Shown here: positions 1 through 27,169 of the stretch, piece by piece | How positions within the stretch are numbered: the stretch's first letter is position 1 | Layout of the letters: each line of letters starts with the position of its first letter | Assembly (NCBI GenBank): GCA_012295275.1 | Contig: CM022672.1 | Location: 21,390,001 to 21,454,000 of the forward strand | Length of the DNA: 64,000 bases | Origin: Chrysomallon squamiferum | Taxonomy: Eukaryota; Animalia; Mollusca | Direction: 5' to 3' | Position numbers and translations under genes: made by a program | Notes under the pieces: generated by a model | Databases searched by the model: none | Told to the model about the DNA's origin: nothing | Seen by the model: the letters and a program-made list of their open reading frames with translations, nothing else

Positions 1-6
1 TTTTAG

Positions 7-1044
7 ACATTCCTTTACGACAACACTTTGATACGGGTTAACTCCTCCCTCAGTTTCCATGACGACCCTCAGCTGACAGTACAGGAAGGTAAAACATTGG
101 AAGAGCTGAGAAAGGAAATAAAAATTTATCTTCAGCAAACCATTGGACATTCCAGTATAGATCTTCTTCTCAGGTTGATAGAGTTCTCTGATTTTAATCA
201 TGATGAAACAGTAAGTACACTGACCTATGTCAGCAAATGATTATTATTTTTTTTTTTTGTGTTATTTAAACATCAACTTTCTTTTTCCATAGGTAATAAT
301 AACAATTTTTTTTTTAACTTTAATTTCAGGTGAGTTTGGGTGAAGCTCAGTCATTATGGCATCTCATACACATTCCCGAGTTTCTCTACTACTTCATATT
401 TCAGAAGAGTCTGGTTTTCCCACACCTAAATGGCACTTGTGGGAACATGTATGCATTCCAGTACACACCACATGCAAACCTCTACAACCGAGCTGACCAT
501 GCCTGGTTCTCAAAACTGTTCACCAACACCTACAGGTGGAACCTTCCCCCCTGGACACTCAGAGCTAAACTTTCAGTCGGTTTGCTTGAATTTGCCATGG
601 ACATATACGAAGAATTTGACAACCAGTATCTCATGTGCGACATCAGCCCAGATCAGTTTGGTTACACGGACAGCTACGAGCTGGTGGTACACAACGTTGG
701 TGGTGTTGTGGCTGTTGATAAAGTAAGACAATATCTGAAGAATCTCACATGCAGTTCCGACTCGTACTGCATGTACTCCAAGCAGTGCTTTTCTCAGTGT
801 GACATTGTTTCCGGTCAGTGTGGTCAGCAGGTGGTTCGTCCAGGGCTGTGGTTTGTCTGTGATATGTTACAGGAGTATATTCTCTTTGACGCCAAGATAT
901 CTCTACTTTGATCTGAAAAGACTACTCAACAAGTGTGCTGATCTCGATGCCCGACAGAATGATATAGACATGCAACATGCTCTGTTACAAGAAGATCTCA
1001 AATCTGTTCTGTGGAATGAAATTGTGAATAATCCACTTACATGA
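7..1044 (+). CDS. DIPK1: Divergent protein kinase domain 1 (FAM69/DIPK1 family), last two coding exons; gene continues upstream of the window; frameshift at about 891-895
   Basis: Exons 7-210 (ttttag| ... GAAACA|gtaagt) and 330-1044 (ttcag|GTG), phase 0. The junction gives the EF-hand-like DFNHDET|VSLGEAQSLW. Then come FPHLNGTCG, PPWTLRAKLSVGLLEF, YLMCD, a Cys-rich C-x4-C...C-x3-C segment and, in the +1 frame, HALLQEDLKSVLWNEI*. All match recalled FAM69A/B motifs (VSLGEAKSAW, PSWPRKAKIAIGLLEF, HSLILNNLKTLLWKKI). Confidence 0.9.
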
Positions 1045-1207
1045 TAGGTTACAGATATAGTGGTTAGGGGTACATATAGAATATGTTGAAACTAAGTGGA
1101 TTATTCATAACTACACAGCTACATATACAAATAAACTTATCAGTTTATATTATACAAGTAAAACATCAGCTTATTATAAATTTAATGTTTTCAAATTAAA
1201 AATTATG

Positions 1208-1245
<38 letters not shown>

Positions 1246-4101
1246 GACAACATAAAATTTATAATAATCTGAGGTTTTACTTGTATAATATAAACTGATA
1301 AGTTTATTTGTGTGTGTAGCTGTGAAATTATGAATAATTACTTATGTGATATATCACTGATGTAATTAGGGGATATGGATAAAATTTATAAACAAAATAT
1401 ATAACTAATTTATAAGATAAAAATGATATTAGACACCAAACCTACTTAAATCTAAGGTTTTGTATATATAATAATAATTGTGAAATGGTGAATATGATCA
1501 ATATCCATTTATATGATACATCATTGATATAATTATATTAGGCAAAATGGATAGAATATGCAAACCATTTATATATAATTTATCTGAATCTGAGGTAACT
1601 GTTTAAATAATCCACTTACATGATATACCATTGATATAATTGTGTTAAAGGATGTAGATAGACATAATATTATTTGTGAAGTTGACAGTATAGTTTTAAA
1701 ATAATGAGGTATGTCAGACACCATATTTACTAGAATCAAGATAAAAAACAATACTTTGTGGTTATGTTTTAAATCATAAAAATTCATATTCATAGTTTTT
1801 TTGTATTTTAGAAAATTTATTGGTTATTATTCTCACCAACTGTGACCAAGGATCAATACTGAATTCATTTATTTACTTTTTATATAAATAGGAGATTAAA
1901 TTGAATATCACTGCACAAGTTAGCAGCATATTTTACGTGATATTTTCATGATAAGATTATGATATATTAGTAAAGAAAACAAAGAATGATAAAAGTTACA
2001 CACCAAACTGTAACTTTTATGTAGCCCATTTCAAAGAGAATATTATTTGTTTCAAAGAAATGCTGAGAGAAGGCAGTGGAAACAATAATTTTACAGATTT
2101 AAACTAATTATTGTTTACAGAATGTAACAAAATTAGTCATATTTAATTATTTTAGTGTATATCACTGCTTTGGTGTCATGTATATTTTATTTGTTGACAT
2201 GTTCAGACATTTAAAAATCACATTTAATTTATCTATGCCTAGCTTTATGATTAGCAATCAAATATATATATTATTGAAATCAAAGTCACTGTATTTTATT
2301 TTTTTGCCCTAATAATAGGATTCTTATTTAGATGGAATACATATATATCAATTTATTTTTAAGAAAATATTGTAATTTATATTTAGTGTTTAAAACTGTG
2401 TTTCTATTCTGTAGGTAACTTATCTTAACCTACAATATCATGAATTATATTTCCAGAATTATAATTATAAAATCTGTTGTTTGTTATACCATTTAGATTA
2501 ATTATATAGAGGTTATGAAATTTGTCTGGGTTTTTTTTAGTTGGTTTTTTTAATTATTTTTGGGTGTGTTTATGTTTTGTTATAACTATTTGTTAAACTA
2601 TTTTAATAATTCTATTAGTTGTTTAATATATTGTTACAGGTATTTGTTATTTAAATGTAAAATATAGTCAGCAAGAGGTTGAAATGAATGTGTCTTAATC
2701 ATATTTTGGGTTTTGTGCATTTTTATTATAAATATTTGTTAATATTTATACACAAATTTTAGTGTTGAAACCTACCAAAATGATATTGATTAGTATGTTT
2801 TGTCTCAGTGTTACATTTGTTTATTATGTTTTTTATTTAAAGGCTTATTATTATAATACCATTTTCTTTCAAAGTAGTATAAGTTCTTAAAATGGCATTT
2901 CTACAGCTTTTCTTTCTGAATCAGTAATAATATTGCAGTTTTAATTACTTTATCTTAAAGTCAAAATTTCTTGAAAAGTTATTTTCTTTGTCTTAAATAG
3001 GATTTTTGTATTGTATTTTTTTTTTATATAACTTAAATAACATTTGTTACAATTTTATTTTATTTAAAACAGAACATCTAGAAATTTTATTTTCTTTATC
3101 ATAAAAAGCATTTCACATACATTTATTTTCTGTTCTTAAGGTTTTATTATGCCCACAGTAAAACTGATACATTTCTGTTGTTGTTTGGTTGTAATAAAAA
3201 AAACCTGACATCACTCTTGGGTTCATAACACTATAAGTTTGCTAGCTACCTCTGAATAATCTACCCTGATACACAGCATTCTGAACTGAGTGTGATATCA
3301 CTTGTTTTACATTCCAACATTTTCCGAATTTTGTTTTTAACCCTTTCTGTCTGTAATTAAATTTCACTGACATCCATGTAATGATAATTATGAAGTTAAT
3401 ATTAAAATAAAAAAAAATAAAATAAAAATAGAATTCATAGTTCCTGTTTTTTTCCATGTGCCCTCAATTATATGTCAATATGTAAAATATGATTGTTCCT
3501 GTTTTATTGAAATTCTGTCTTATGCAAAACAAGTTTGTAAATTAAGATTTATCATTATCATTATCATTCACATCATCATCATCATTATTATTGTTATTAT
3601 TATTACTACTACAATATATTATTTTATTATTAAACTGTAATTGTTAATTATTTTATTTTAAAACTCCCCAGTCTAATCAGCATAATTAATTGTTTTAATA
3701 CTACCCAGAATATAAATTTTTTGAGTTAATGTAGTGTTAAGAACTTCTACAAATTCTTCAAATATTATGTAGACTCCTGCAATTAACATAAGACATGTAT
3801 TTTAATATTCAACTAATTTAGTGTTATTGTGGTAGGTGTATACACCATTAACATGCCTAGAATAAGACAAATACTATGAAATGATTTAGTTAGTATTTAA
3901 TTAATAATTAACTATGAAGAATCTTGTATTTAACATAAGTGAAGTATTTTAATGTTGAACTATTCATAATTACTTTCAATTATATGTCTTTATTTTGTTT
4001 ATTATAATATTTAAAATGTTTATAAAGGTTAACTTAAAAATAATAATATCCTAACATTGTGATTAAGGGGTAAACCATAAAGATTGTTATTATTATTATT
4101 A

Positions 4102-4133
<32 letters not shown>

Positions 4134-4453
4134 CATACATACATGTATATTTAAACATATGTATGTATTTCATCACATAATCATACATTTTATTATCCAC
4201 ATTTACAGATAAATATAGATCTATATGTGTTTTCTATTTTAGATAGTTCTTTTTATTACTAGTTGCTGTGAATGATTGATCACATACAGATTAATCTGAG
4301 ATCTATAATACTTTATATATTATTATTGTCTTGATATATTTAGTAACTTCAGATTTTGAAAGTTATTTAATCTTCAGAATAGACACTATTTGTATTTATT
4401 TCAGTTTTAGTACATAGATAATACAATTTTAATTTATTATTTTTGTTGTTCTG

Positions 4454-4466
4454 ATTATTATTATTA

Positions 4467-4531
<65 letters not shown>

Positions 4532-4553
4532 TAATTAATTAATTAATTAATAA
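4454..4553. repeat. (ATT)n then (TAAT)n microsatellite
   Basis: Direct reading. Confidence 0.95.
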
Positions 4554-7500
4554 ATATTTTTTTTCCCAATTTCATTAAAATTAAAAAAAGTATTTATAAT
4601 AATAAAAATAATAATGAATATAAAAACAGCAGTCAGTAAAAGTTTTTGCTCCAGGATATTTTTTCTTTAATGTGTGTTCACTTGAGAAAAATAAAGTTTT
4701 AAATTTGAGGATCACATAAAAGTTAATAATTTTATTTACCTCAGCTTTTATAATCATTATTAAATGTGAAAAAAATCAAAAATAAATTTATCTTAGCTTT
4801 AAATATTTTACAAAATACACTTAACCATTTTTTTTTTTTTTTTAATATTTTATAATCAATTTTTTATATCTAAATGATGGATAATGGGTAAGGAAATCAA
4901 AAATTATGTAACAGCTTTAATATTCATCAAAAAAGATTTTGTTTTTTTGTATTTATGAATCTGTTTTTTCATCTTTTAAAAAACGTTTTAATGCAATTAC
5001 TTGTGTATAATACAGTTTAAATATTATTTGTTTACTCAAAGTATGTTATTGAAATAAAGTTTATATTTATATTTATTTATATGGGTCAGAGTATTAGTAA
5101 CTGTTTAATTCAAAAGTCAGTGAAAAATTTATAAAGTCCTTGGTAACAAAATACAAACAAATTTTTGTTATTTAAAAGTATCATTGTTACTATCTTCTGT
5201 ATATCAATCTTACATTTAGAAAGTATCGCTGAAACAAGCATGTATCATTTAAAAACAAATCAACCAATAAATAAATCAGTCATTTTCTTTTTAAAATTCT
5301 GTCATTTAGAAATACAGTTTTACATTATTGTTTCATTATTTCTAGTTCCAGTGTCTCAAAATATACTTCAATCCAGTTTTAAAACTTGTCTCAATCAGAT
5401 TTTTATTATTTATTTGTTTGAAAGATTTATCACAATGAAATTAAATATATATTTTATTTTTATTTTGTTAATTGTAAAAATATATATAAATTTAAGCTCT
5501 GCTTGTGAAATCATTTAAAAAATATCTATATTTATTAGAACAGCAATATTATAAGAATTTGAAAATTTAGTTTTAAAAATTAATTTAGAATATCCATGGA
5601 AACATAATATGTAAATAGTATGCAGAGTACGTGTAAGGGAAAACATTTAATAAATTTAAGTGAGGTTTTGGCCAAAAAGAAATGAAAAAGATTCATTTTT
5701 GAAGTTTTTTAGTTGACTGTTGATGGATATTTCTTTTTGTTACTGGTTTACTATGTGTGACTTTCACAAAAGGAAAAATAAAAGTTTATAACCTTATTTA
5801 TTTGTTGTGTTTCATTACAAACTGCAAAGTCCACTTACATAATTCATACATTTATAAAACAAGCTTTTCATATAGGATGGCTTTCTGGGCCAATTTGCAT
5901 TCAAGCCATACAACTGTTTTTCACCAAGCCCTGTTCTGTGAGGTTTTCTGTGGGAAATGTGTAACAAAAACAACAATTCCTAGAATCTCCATCTAGTAAT
6001 GTTACATTAAAAATCTGTTCAGTGAATTAAGGAAATAAAACAATTCTTTGTTACAGAGGATAACAGCTGAAAGTTTATGACTCATTTCTCTCCAGAAAAA
6101 AGTATCTATGACAAACTAAATTTACATATTAATTGAAATCTAAGATATATTCAAATGTTTTTATTTATTTATTTATGTATTTTAATAATTTTCCAAGTCG
6201 CAGAATTCATTATGATCAAAAGATCCTTTGAGACAGTGTTGAAGTTACTCAAGTATATTTTAAAAGCAAGATCTATGATCCAGATAATTTCTTTACAACA
6301 ATCAAGATCTTAGCCCTTCATGCAGTTATATATATATAATTTCCTCCTGCCCTGCAAAACAAATAAATCAACAAAAAATAACAAATTTCTTCTTTTTTTT
6401 CACCTTTTAATAACATTTTGACTGTTATTCTTTTACAAGCTCCAGCTTAAGGCAGTTGTAAAATAAGCAGACATTGAGGTGACTTAAAGATAGTTTTAGT
6501 TTCACCAGAATAACAAAAAGCATCTAGAAAGAAACAAAAATTGTAAGCACAATCCACATTCAAGATACAAATTTTGGTATTAAAAAATTTGAACATTACA
6601 GCTTAAACTATTCTCATAGAAAGGTTTACAACATACTGATGAACACAATGCTCATTTTTGATAGAAAAGAGTTCACATTATTCTAGGATTAATTTACCTG
6701 AAATGGTATTCATAATAAATAATACAGGTGTAATAATGAATAATAAAATTTTGCATAATCAATTTAGTTAAGTTAAAAAATATTTAAACTATCCCAAAAA
6801 ATATAAAAAAAATAATTAAATTAAACAGATGTACCTTGAAAGTAAAAATAATAATAAAAAAAGAATAAAAAAAAGAATGAACAAAGAAAATAAAAATACA
6901 AACATAAGAACCTTATTCTCCATGATACTGGTTCACAATAAGTGAAAAATAAACATGTTTATCTAGGAAGAATCAAACAAAATAACTTAAACCTCTTGCA
7001 GAAATGCATTTTACAGAAAAAAAGAAAAAAATATTAAAAATGTGTGGTTTTATTGTTGGGGCGGGATGTTGCATTGTTGTGGTTATTGCAGTTTTTTGAA
7101 GAAAAAAAAAACTGCAGGCAGTTATTACATGCCTACTGTATATCACAAGTAATAGTTCACTGTTACATCTATATATACTGAAATGATACTACATAAATGG
7201 GATATAACATGTGATATACTATATATGTCATAAAGTTACACTGTCACAAACCTTTATGAGGATGACTAATCTGTACTGCAGTCAGTTTTCTTTAAATGCT
7301 CTTTTCAATAAATTATTGGAATACCATTATCATTAACAAAATGGTCATAATTTATTTTTATTTTTATATATATATAAATTATTTTCTTAAAAGGTAAAGT
7401 ACAAAAATCCAAAAAATTTTAAGAATATTTCTATAAAACATCTTAAATACAAAATGATTAACATAATTTAATTCTATAAATTATTTTCTTAAATGTGATA

Positions 7501-10500
7501 GTAGGTGAATCTACAATTCTTGTAAAATATTTTTAAAAAATGTCTTAAGAATAAAATAGCTTGTTAGTTAATAGAATAAATACCTTTTTATCTTTAAACT
7601 ATATAATACATGTTATTAACCTAAATGTTTATATACAATTACGGTAAAAAATTAATAATAATAAATAATATAAGGTTTGGTGTATCAGGTATTTCTCTCT
7701 CTTTAAAGCTATATATATTATTATTTTGTAATTATTTATTTTAAAATATTTATCTGTATTTAAAACAGTTTTCTAATGAATGGATAAAGCATAAATATAA
7801 AACTAATAATTTTAACCTAAGAAATACTGTACACTGGTCAGCAAAGATAGAAGTATTTGATTCTATGGTTTTGTGAAATGAAAATAAAAACCTCATACAA
7901 ATTCTGCAATGCAAATTATAGAGATGAAATATTTCTGATGATCACACACACACACAATAAATAACAAAAAAAGATACATATCCAACAAAACAAACAATTT
8001 TTCCCCCAGTCTATATGAAAAAAGAAAAATACAATTTTAGGTTTACAGGTAGGTTTTATAAGCACACAATTATCCAAAACATACCAGAGAAAGCTAGTAT
8101 TCACAATAGAGATAGGTATAGGATTGAATAACAACAAACACAATACTAATGTCAGCTTCTCACAAACAAAACATCATTCATTAACATGAAGGCACCTTAA
8201 ATAACATGAGATAATACCTTTAAATAAAAAAGATTAATTAAAAAAAATTAAAAAATGAATAAATAAATAGAAGAAAAAATGTAAATAAATTAAACATTAC
8301 AGTTTTGCATTTTGGTTTTACCCTGTTTCACAAAGCAACCCTAAAACCATGATCCCGGAGTAAAAACTGAAATAAATATCAATAAAAATTTGTTACAAAT
8401 TTTACAAATGACAACAGAAACATTCAACATGTTTAATGGTCATACAAATTATAATAAGTTTCATCTAAATATATTTTCCTCAGTTTTTTAGTAAGTGTAA
8501 AGGTCTTCAAATCCTTGTAAGTGCTTGGGATGGTAAAGCAATTATGATACAATTATTATACACCTTGAAAATATTCAACAATTACTAATTTTTGTATATT
8601 TGCATAATTATTTCTTGTATTATATATGAGGCATGGAATATGCCATCAGTTTTATTAGGGATATTTTGGGGAGTTTGAGATACAGATTTTTGCATACTAT
8701 ATACACCAAACAAAATTAAAAACACTTTTAGCAGCATGAAAGAAAAATTAGAAAACAAAACTAAAGAACATAAGAAAAAAATAATAAATAAATTATAATA
8801 AAATTATGTGTGTATGTATATATTTTTGTTTATGAAGTCAAATTATATACAAAGGTATAGACAGACCAATAAAAGCATTTACAGATAATAAATAAATAAT
8901 TTTATTTATACTGTATACCATGTCATGGTTCTCAATATATTCCATTTGGTACTTTAAATGAAATTAATTCAAGGAACTGTTTTTATTTATTAACAGTATC
9001 TTTCAAATATTTCTTCACTCAGTTGTTAAACTGAAAACAAAAAGTGGTAATTATACAGACAAAACATTTAAATTATATGAAACTGTTTAAAAAATATTCA
9101 CTTAACAAATAATTACAAATTTTTGTATTTAACAAAGAATACGGATTCCTGCTTCAAATGAAAAAAATTAGAACTTAAAAAAAATACAAAAGTTATGATA
9201 CAGTGTTTATAATTCATATAAATATTTTACAAAACATAACCATATTAACATTTTTTCACAACCCAATTGTTAACTGAAATAAATTAACTGCCCTCCTTTG
9301 GTGGTATCTGTGTTAACTGACCTTTACTCATCCTTTATATGGTTAAGTAGAAGTCAATAGAATATGGATGAGTTGGTACAGAATAACAGTATCTTAGACA
9401 ATCTGCAATTGTAATAATAATAATAATAATAATAAAATAAAATAAATAAATAAATAAATAAAATAGCTATCAATTTTTTTTTTCTTGAACATACAGGGGA
9501 ACACACAGAGACAGTTTTAATAGCACCAAAAAAAAATAAAATAATAAAGCCATAAAAATTACAATGTATATTCTTTTAGTCAATTTTTTTTCTAAAGGCA
9601 GATTGTACCGAAGGGATGGTATTAATAGTGGTATTAATAATAACAAAATGATAATCGTATCACTGTAGAAGTAAAATAGCAGAAGCAGTAGAGCTACAGC
9701 AGCAATAGTAGTAGTAACTAACAATAATAGTATTAATAATAGGAATAGCAATAAAATAGTTATCAGTTGTTTTAGTAATAGTAGTAGTTGTAACAGTAAT
9801 AGTAACAATAGTTAAAAGAAGTAGTAGTGGTGATGGTAATAGTAGTAGTTTTTGTATAAGCAGTATTTATAATGGTTTACTGCTGTTAAAAACTGTAATT
9901 TTTATGGCTTTACGATTCTGAGCAGTAGTCAAAAAATGTGTACCATTTTGGTCTAACATTAAAGTGTATATTTAGTAATATGAAGAGCCTTAATATATTT
10001 TGTATATCTACAAAGGTTATTTTTCTTTACATCAAATCTTTGCTAATAATAAACTTTGACAAAAACAAGTACAACTATTTATGAGCATATAATTATAAAC
10101 GCTTAATTATTTTATTATTAATATTATTATTTTTATTTTATTTTATTTTAAAGTATATCTTGTATAGTATTATCTTGTATAGTGAAATATACAAAAATTC
10201 ATTTTTATGAGAATATTTACATTTGTGTTTATGAAAGCACATAACTTTAAATGAATGAAAGTCATATTCCACTCATCCTCGTTAAAAATGTTATTTTATT
10301 ATTAAATTTTGTTATTAGCAAAGGCATGTCAACAGTAAGAAAAAAAAAGAAAGTCTAACAGTAACTATATGCGTACGAAATATATTTTGGCTATTTAATC
10401 TTATCAACACATATACACTGCATAAAAGCAGTACTTAAAAAAAAAAAAAAAAGTATTCACTCATTAAATTTAAAAAACTTAAAAATTATACTTATTTTAC

Positions 10501-11294
10501 AACATTGCCATTTACGTAGTAACAAAACACTTTTAAAAATGATTAAAATTGAAGCACGATAGTCTAAATAATGTTGGTGTGTGTGTGTATGTGTGTGCAA
10601 ATGGATTTTTGAATTGTACTCCTAAATCTTATGTAATTAGGATAAATGGTTGTAGGGAGATAAAGACTGATATAAATATAGCCAGTACATTTAATAATTT
10701 TGTGTATGTGACACAAAAATATGGTCAAGAATATGCACTGAAATCTGTCTACAAATGTCCATGTCTGTCTCTCTGTCTGTGTGTGTGTGTGTGTGTGTGT
10801 TTTTGTTTACACATATATCTCTTTCCTTCTCCTTAGTTTATCATTTAACATTTAACAAATTTCAAAGAAACACACAATGCATTGAAATATAAACAAACAA
10901 AACAATTATCAAAACAAACAATATAATAACTACCACAATTCATTAATACTATCAACCTTATTATGCATAATATCTTTGTAAAAAAAATAATAATAATAAT
11001 AAAAAAAAATTTAAAAATACAAATACAACAAAAACATCAAGGTCTTATTTCCACAATGAACAATGACTAGCAAAACAAGCAAATGATGAAACATCTTTTT
11101 ACTGGATGTGGCAAAATAGAGTCTAGTTTTAAAGTGTTATCTTTGGCAAAGTGTACAAATGATCTATAAATACATTTTACATACTTCCATGTGTTATCAT
11201 TAGGAGAGGCCACCAGTCTTTGCTAATAAAAAAGGTATGGTCAGCAAAACAACAGGCTCTTGACGATAAATGATGGAAAACATTTTTTCTTTTA

Positions 11295-11302
11295 TAAATA
11301 AA

Positions 11303-11333
<31 letters not shown>

Positions 11334-11338
11334 TAATA

Positions 11339-11405
<67 letters not shown>
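11295..11405. repeat. (AAAT)n/(AAT)n microsatellite; similar tracts at 11608-11650, 16097-16146, 20619-20673, 23086-23142 and 47920-47993
   Basis: Direct reading. Confidence 0.95.
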
Positions 11406-11406
<1 letters not shown>

Positions 11407-11606
11407 AACCTGTATGAGAATGAGAGCACTGCTGTCAATAATGAAATCCTTGATGTCATACTTTATTATCAGAAACTGATGGTGTCCAGCAACAATATAA
11501 TAAATTGTTAGTATGTAAAATATATTTTTTAAATATTTGTTCAAACCAGCAAGACACTCTAAAAATACTTCATGCACAAACAATATTTAAGAAAAAAAAA
11601 AAAAAA

Positions 11607-11651
<45 letters not shown>

Positions 11652-14124
11652 TTAAATAAAAAATGTAAAAAATAAAAAAAATCAGGAAGGAAAAAGAAAA
11701 ATAAATTCTCATGGTATTGAAAATAATAGCAAACAATGTGATTCATTAAAAAAGTACGAAAAATGTTTTTTTCATTGGATGAATCTGAAATAAATGTTAT
11801 ACCATTCCACCAGAATATCAGTGAAATTCAGTATCTAACAACCCCAAACTATAAAAAAAAATCTATAAAAAAAAAATATATATATATATATATATTTAAA
11901 AAGATCAACAAAAAAAAGAAGCGATGAATCATTATTATTATTTAAATACCTATTAAATTATAAATTTAGAAAAATAAAGCTGAACAATAAACATGTCTAG
12001 CACCGCAAATGCAGGACTTATAAAAATTAATGCATAATTAGCTATATTTTACTCAATCTATTTAAAAGTCACTTAAAACCAAATTAATTAGCACCAATAA
12101 TCTGGTTAAACTGAAGAAAAGCTTATTTGTGAACATTTATTTTAAAAGAAACTTGAACCTATATTAAAATAAAAAATAAATCTGAAACAAATAAATAATA
12201 ATAAAATGACAGTAAGATTTCCAGCCTGTGGATTTTCCTTATATAAAAACTGAAATTTAGTTTTCTAATAAGGACAAAAAAAAAAAAAAAAAAAAACAAA
12301 ACACAGAAAAAGAAAGAAAGAAAGAAAAATAAAACCTGTACAGAAAAATAAGAAGACTTTGAAAAATATGTGCTTTGAAAATGTTTTAAAATCACCTGCC
12401 TTTAACTCTTTAAAATTCATATATAAATATTTGTTACAAATACTGTGATACTTGTCAAAACAATTCCAAAATTTTACAAAAGTAAAAAATGTTAAAATTT
12501 CACACAAATAGATGTATCCAAAAATAAACACAAAAATTACCATTAGTATAACCTTTTTTTAAATACATAGACACTGACTTGGTGTATTTCAAATATGTTA
12601 CTTGTCTTCTTAAATATTTTTATAAATTTAAAAATTTGTATTCCTCTTAGACAAATTTACTCCACTGGACAGAAACATTTACTCTAACAGATATCACTCT
12701 TTAAAAAAAAATGTCTTCCTCATTTTAAAAATTTACACAGGTCTTAAATTTCTTTTTTTTTTTTTTCATTCATTTTTATTATATATTTTTCTATTATTAT
12801 TATTTATGTTTATTTATTTATTATTATTATTTTGTTTGTTATGCCTTTCATTATGTTATTCTTTCAGATTGTCTTTTCATAAAATAAAAAAAAAAAAAAA
12901 AGAAAAAAAAAATAAAAAAAAAAAAAATAAATAATAACAACAGTAATCATAAATCTTTCCAAAGAACCTTAATAACTTGTTCCAGTTTTCTTCCACAACA
13001 CAGACTAACATGACATAAAGTGGTAAAAATCCTATTACAATTTAAATTACAAAAATTCTTTGGGGTCACATAATCAGATACCCAGTAACTTGTGATTTTA
13101 TGTAACACTACAAAAAAAAAAGATGCAGCTATAACAAGCTCATTGTACAAATGAATTCTTGGGATAAAAATATATGTCATCAGTTCAGTAAGGTTTAAGT
13201 GTTTATGTCAGATAGATAACACTTCAGTAAAATGACTGAATCTTTCAAGTTGGCCTCATGGACAGAACAGTTAGTGCAAAGCTGTACTGATTATATCTGT
13301 TTTATTTGTGCCTCAGAACTTCTAAAACTCAAATTTGACAGAAATATTTTTATAACCTTTATGAAATGAAATTATGAATTAGTGTATATTAATAATGAAT
13401 AAGTATATGTATGTACTCGTCAGACTGGACATATAGATATAATTATATATTGTCTGATGAGTAGGTAACATTCACTGGAGACAAGATGAATACTGGCTGA
13501 GGATGTATCTGGTCCATACTGCAGCAAATTGGTTCAATCCTTTCATATTAAAAATTCAAAAATTTTGCATCATATTAATTATAAAAAAATAAAATTGTGA
13601 TGCATATGGCTTTTCTTATACGAACAATGCCTTACAGTATCATATAATACTACCCATTATATCTATCCATATACACACACTCACATTCACACACATGCAT
13701 GCAAAAATGCTCACACAATACACATCATCCTACATTGGTAAAAATAAATATCTGTGACCTGTTGTTTAATAAAACTCTCCTGCCAAAGGCAATGAACATA
13801 ACTGTATACAAACATTACAATTAAAAATTTAAAAAAAAAAGAAGAAATATTTAACATTGATAAACATAATAATACGTAGTCTGTGATTGTATCAATATTT
13901 CATCACAAAATAATTCCTATTTATAAATATATATTACTGATCAATATAATAATGAAATACATTATAGTAGTGAACACAAACGGAAATACAACAAAAGAGA
14001 AAAGAAAACTACAACATATATATCAGACAATGGATGGAAAAGTACAAGTATGTTCTTTCTAAAAAGCAACAAAAACATGCATATTTGTTGAGCTAAATAA
14101 AACAGCATATAAAGATAAAGCTAT

Positions 14125-27079
<12,955 letters not shown>

Positions 27080-27169
27080 TCAAACAGCATTTTAATAGTT
27101 TTGTCTGTGCACACTGCTGCTCTCAGAAGATATTCAAAGACTAGAGCAAAAACAATGTACATCAGCTTC

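Noticed and set aside
430-726. 98-aa ORF overlapping DIPK1; likewise 34937-35218, 39208-39429, 52067-52357 and 53067-53282
   Set aside because: These are alternate-frame or antisense shadows of GC-richer real exons, with no independent motifs.
909-911. In-frame TGA as selenocysteine or readthrough
   Set aside because: Homology continues in a different frame, so readthrough does not restore the protein, and no SECIS was recognised.
9470-12543. Hydrophobic poly-Leu/Ile/Phe ORFs resembling membrane proteins
   Set aside because: They are translations of (AAT)n, (TAG)n and poly-A tracts.
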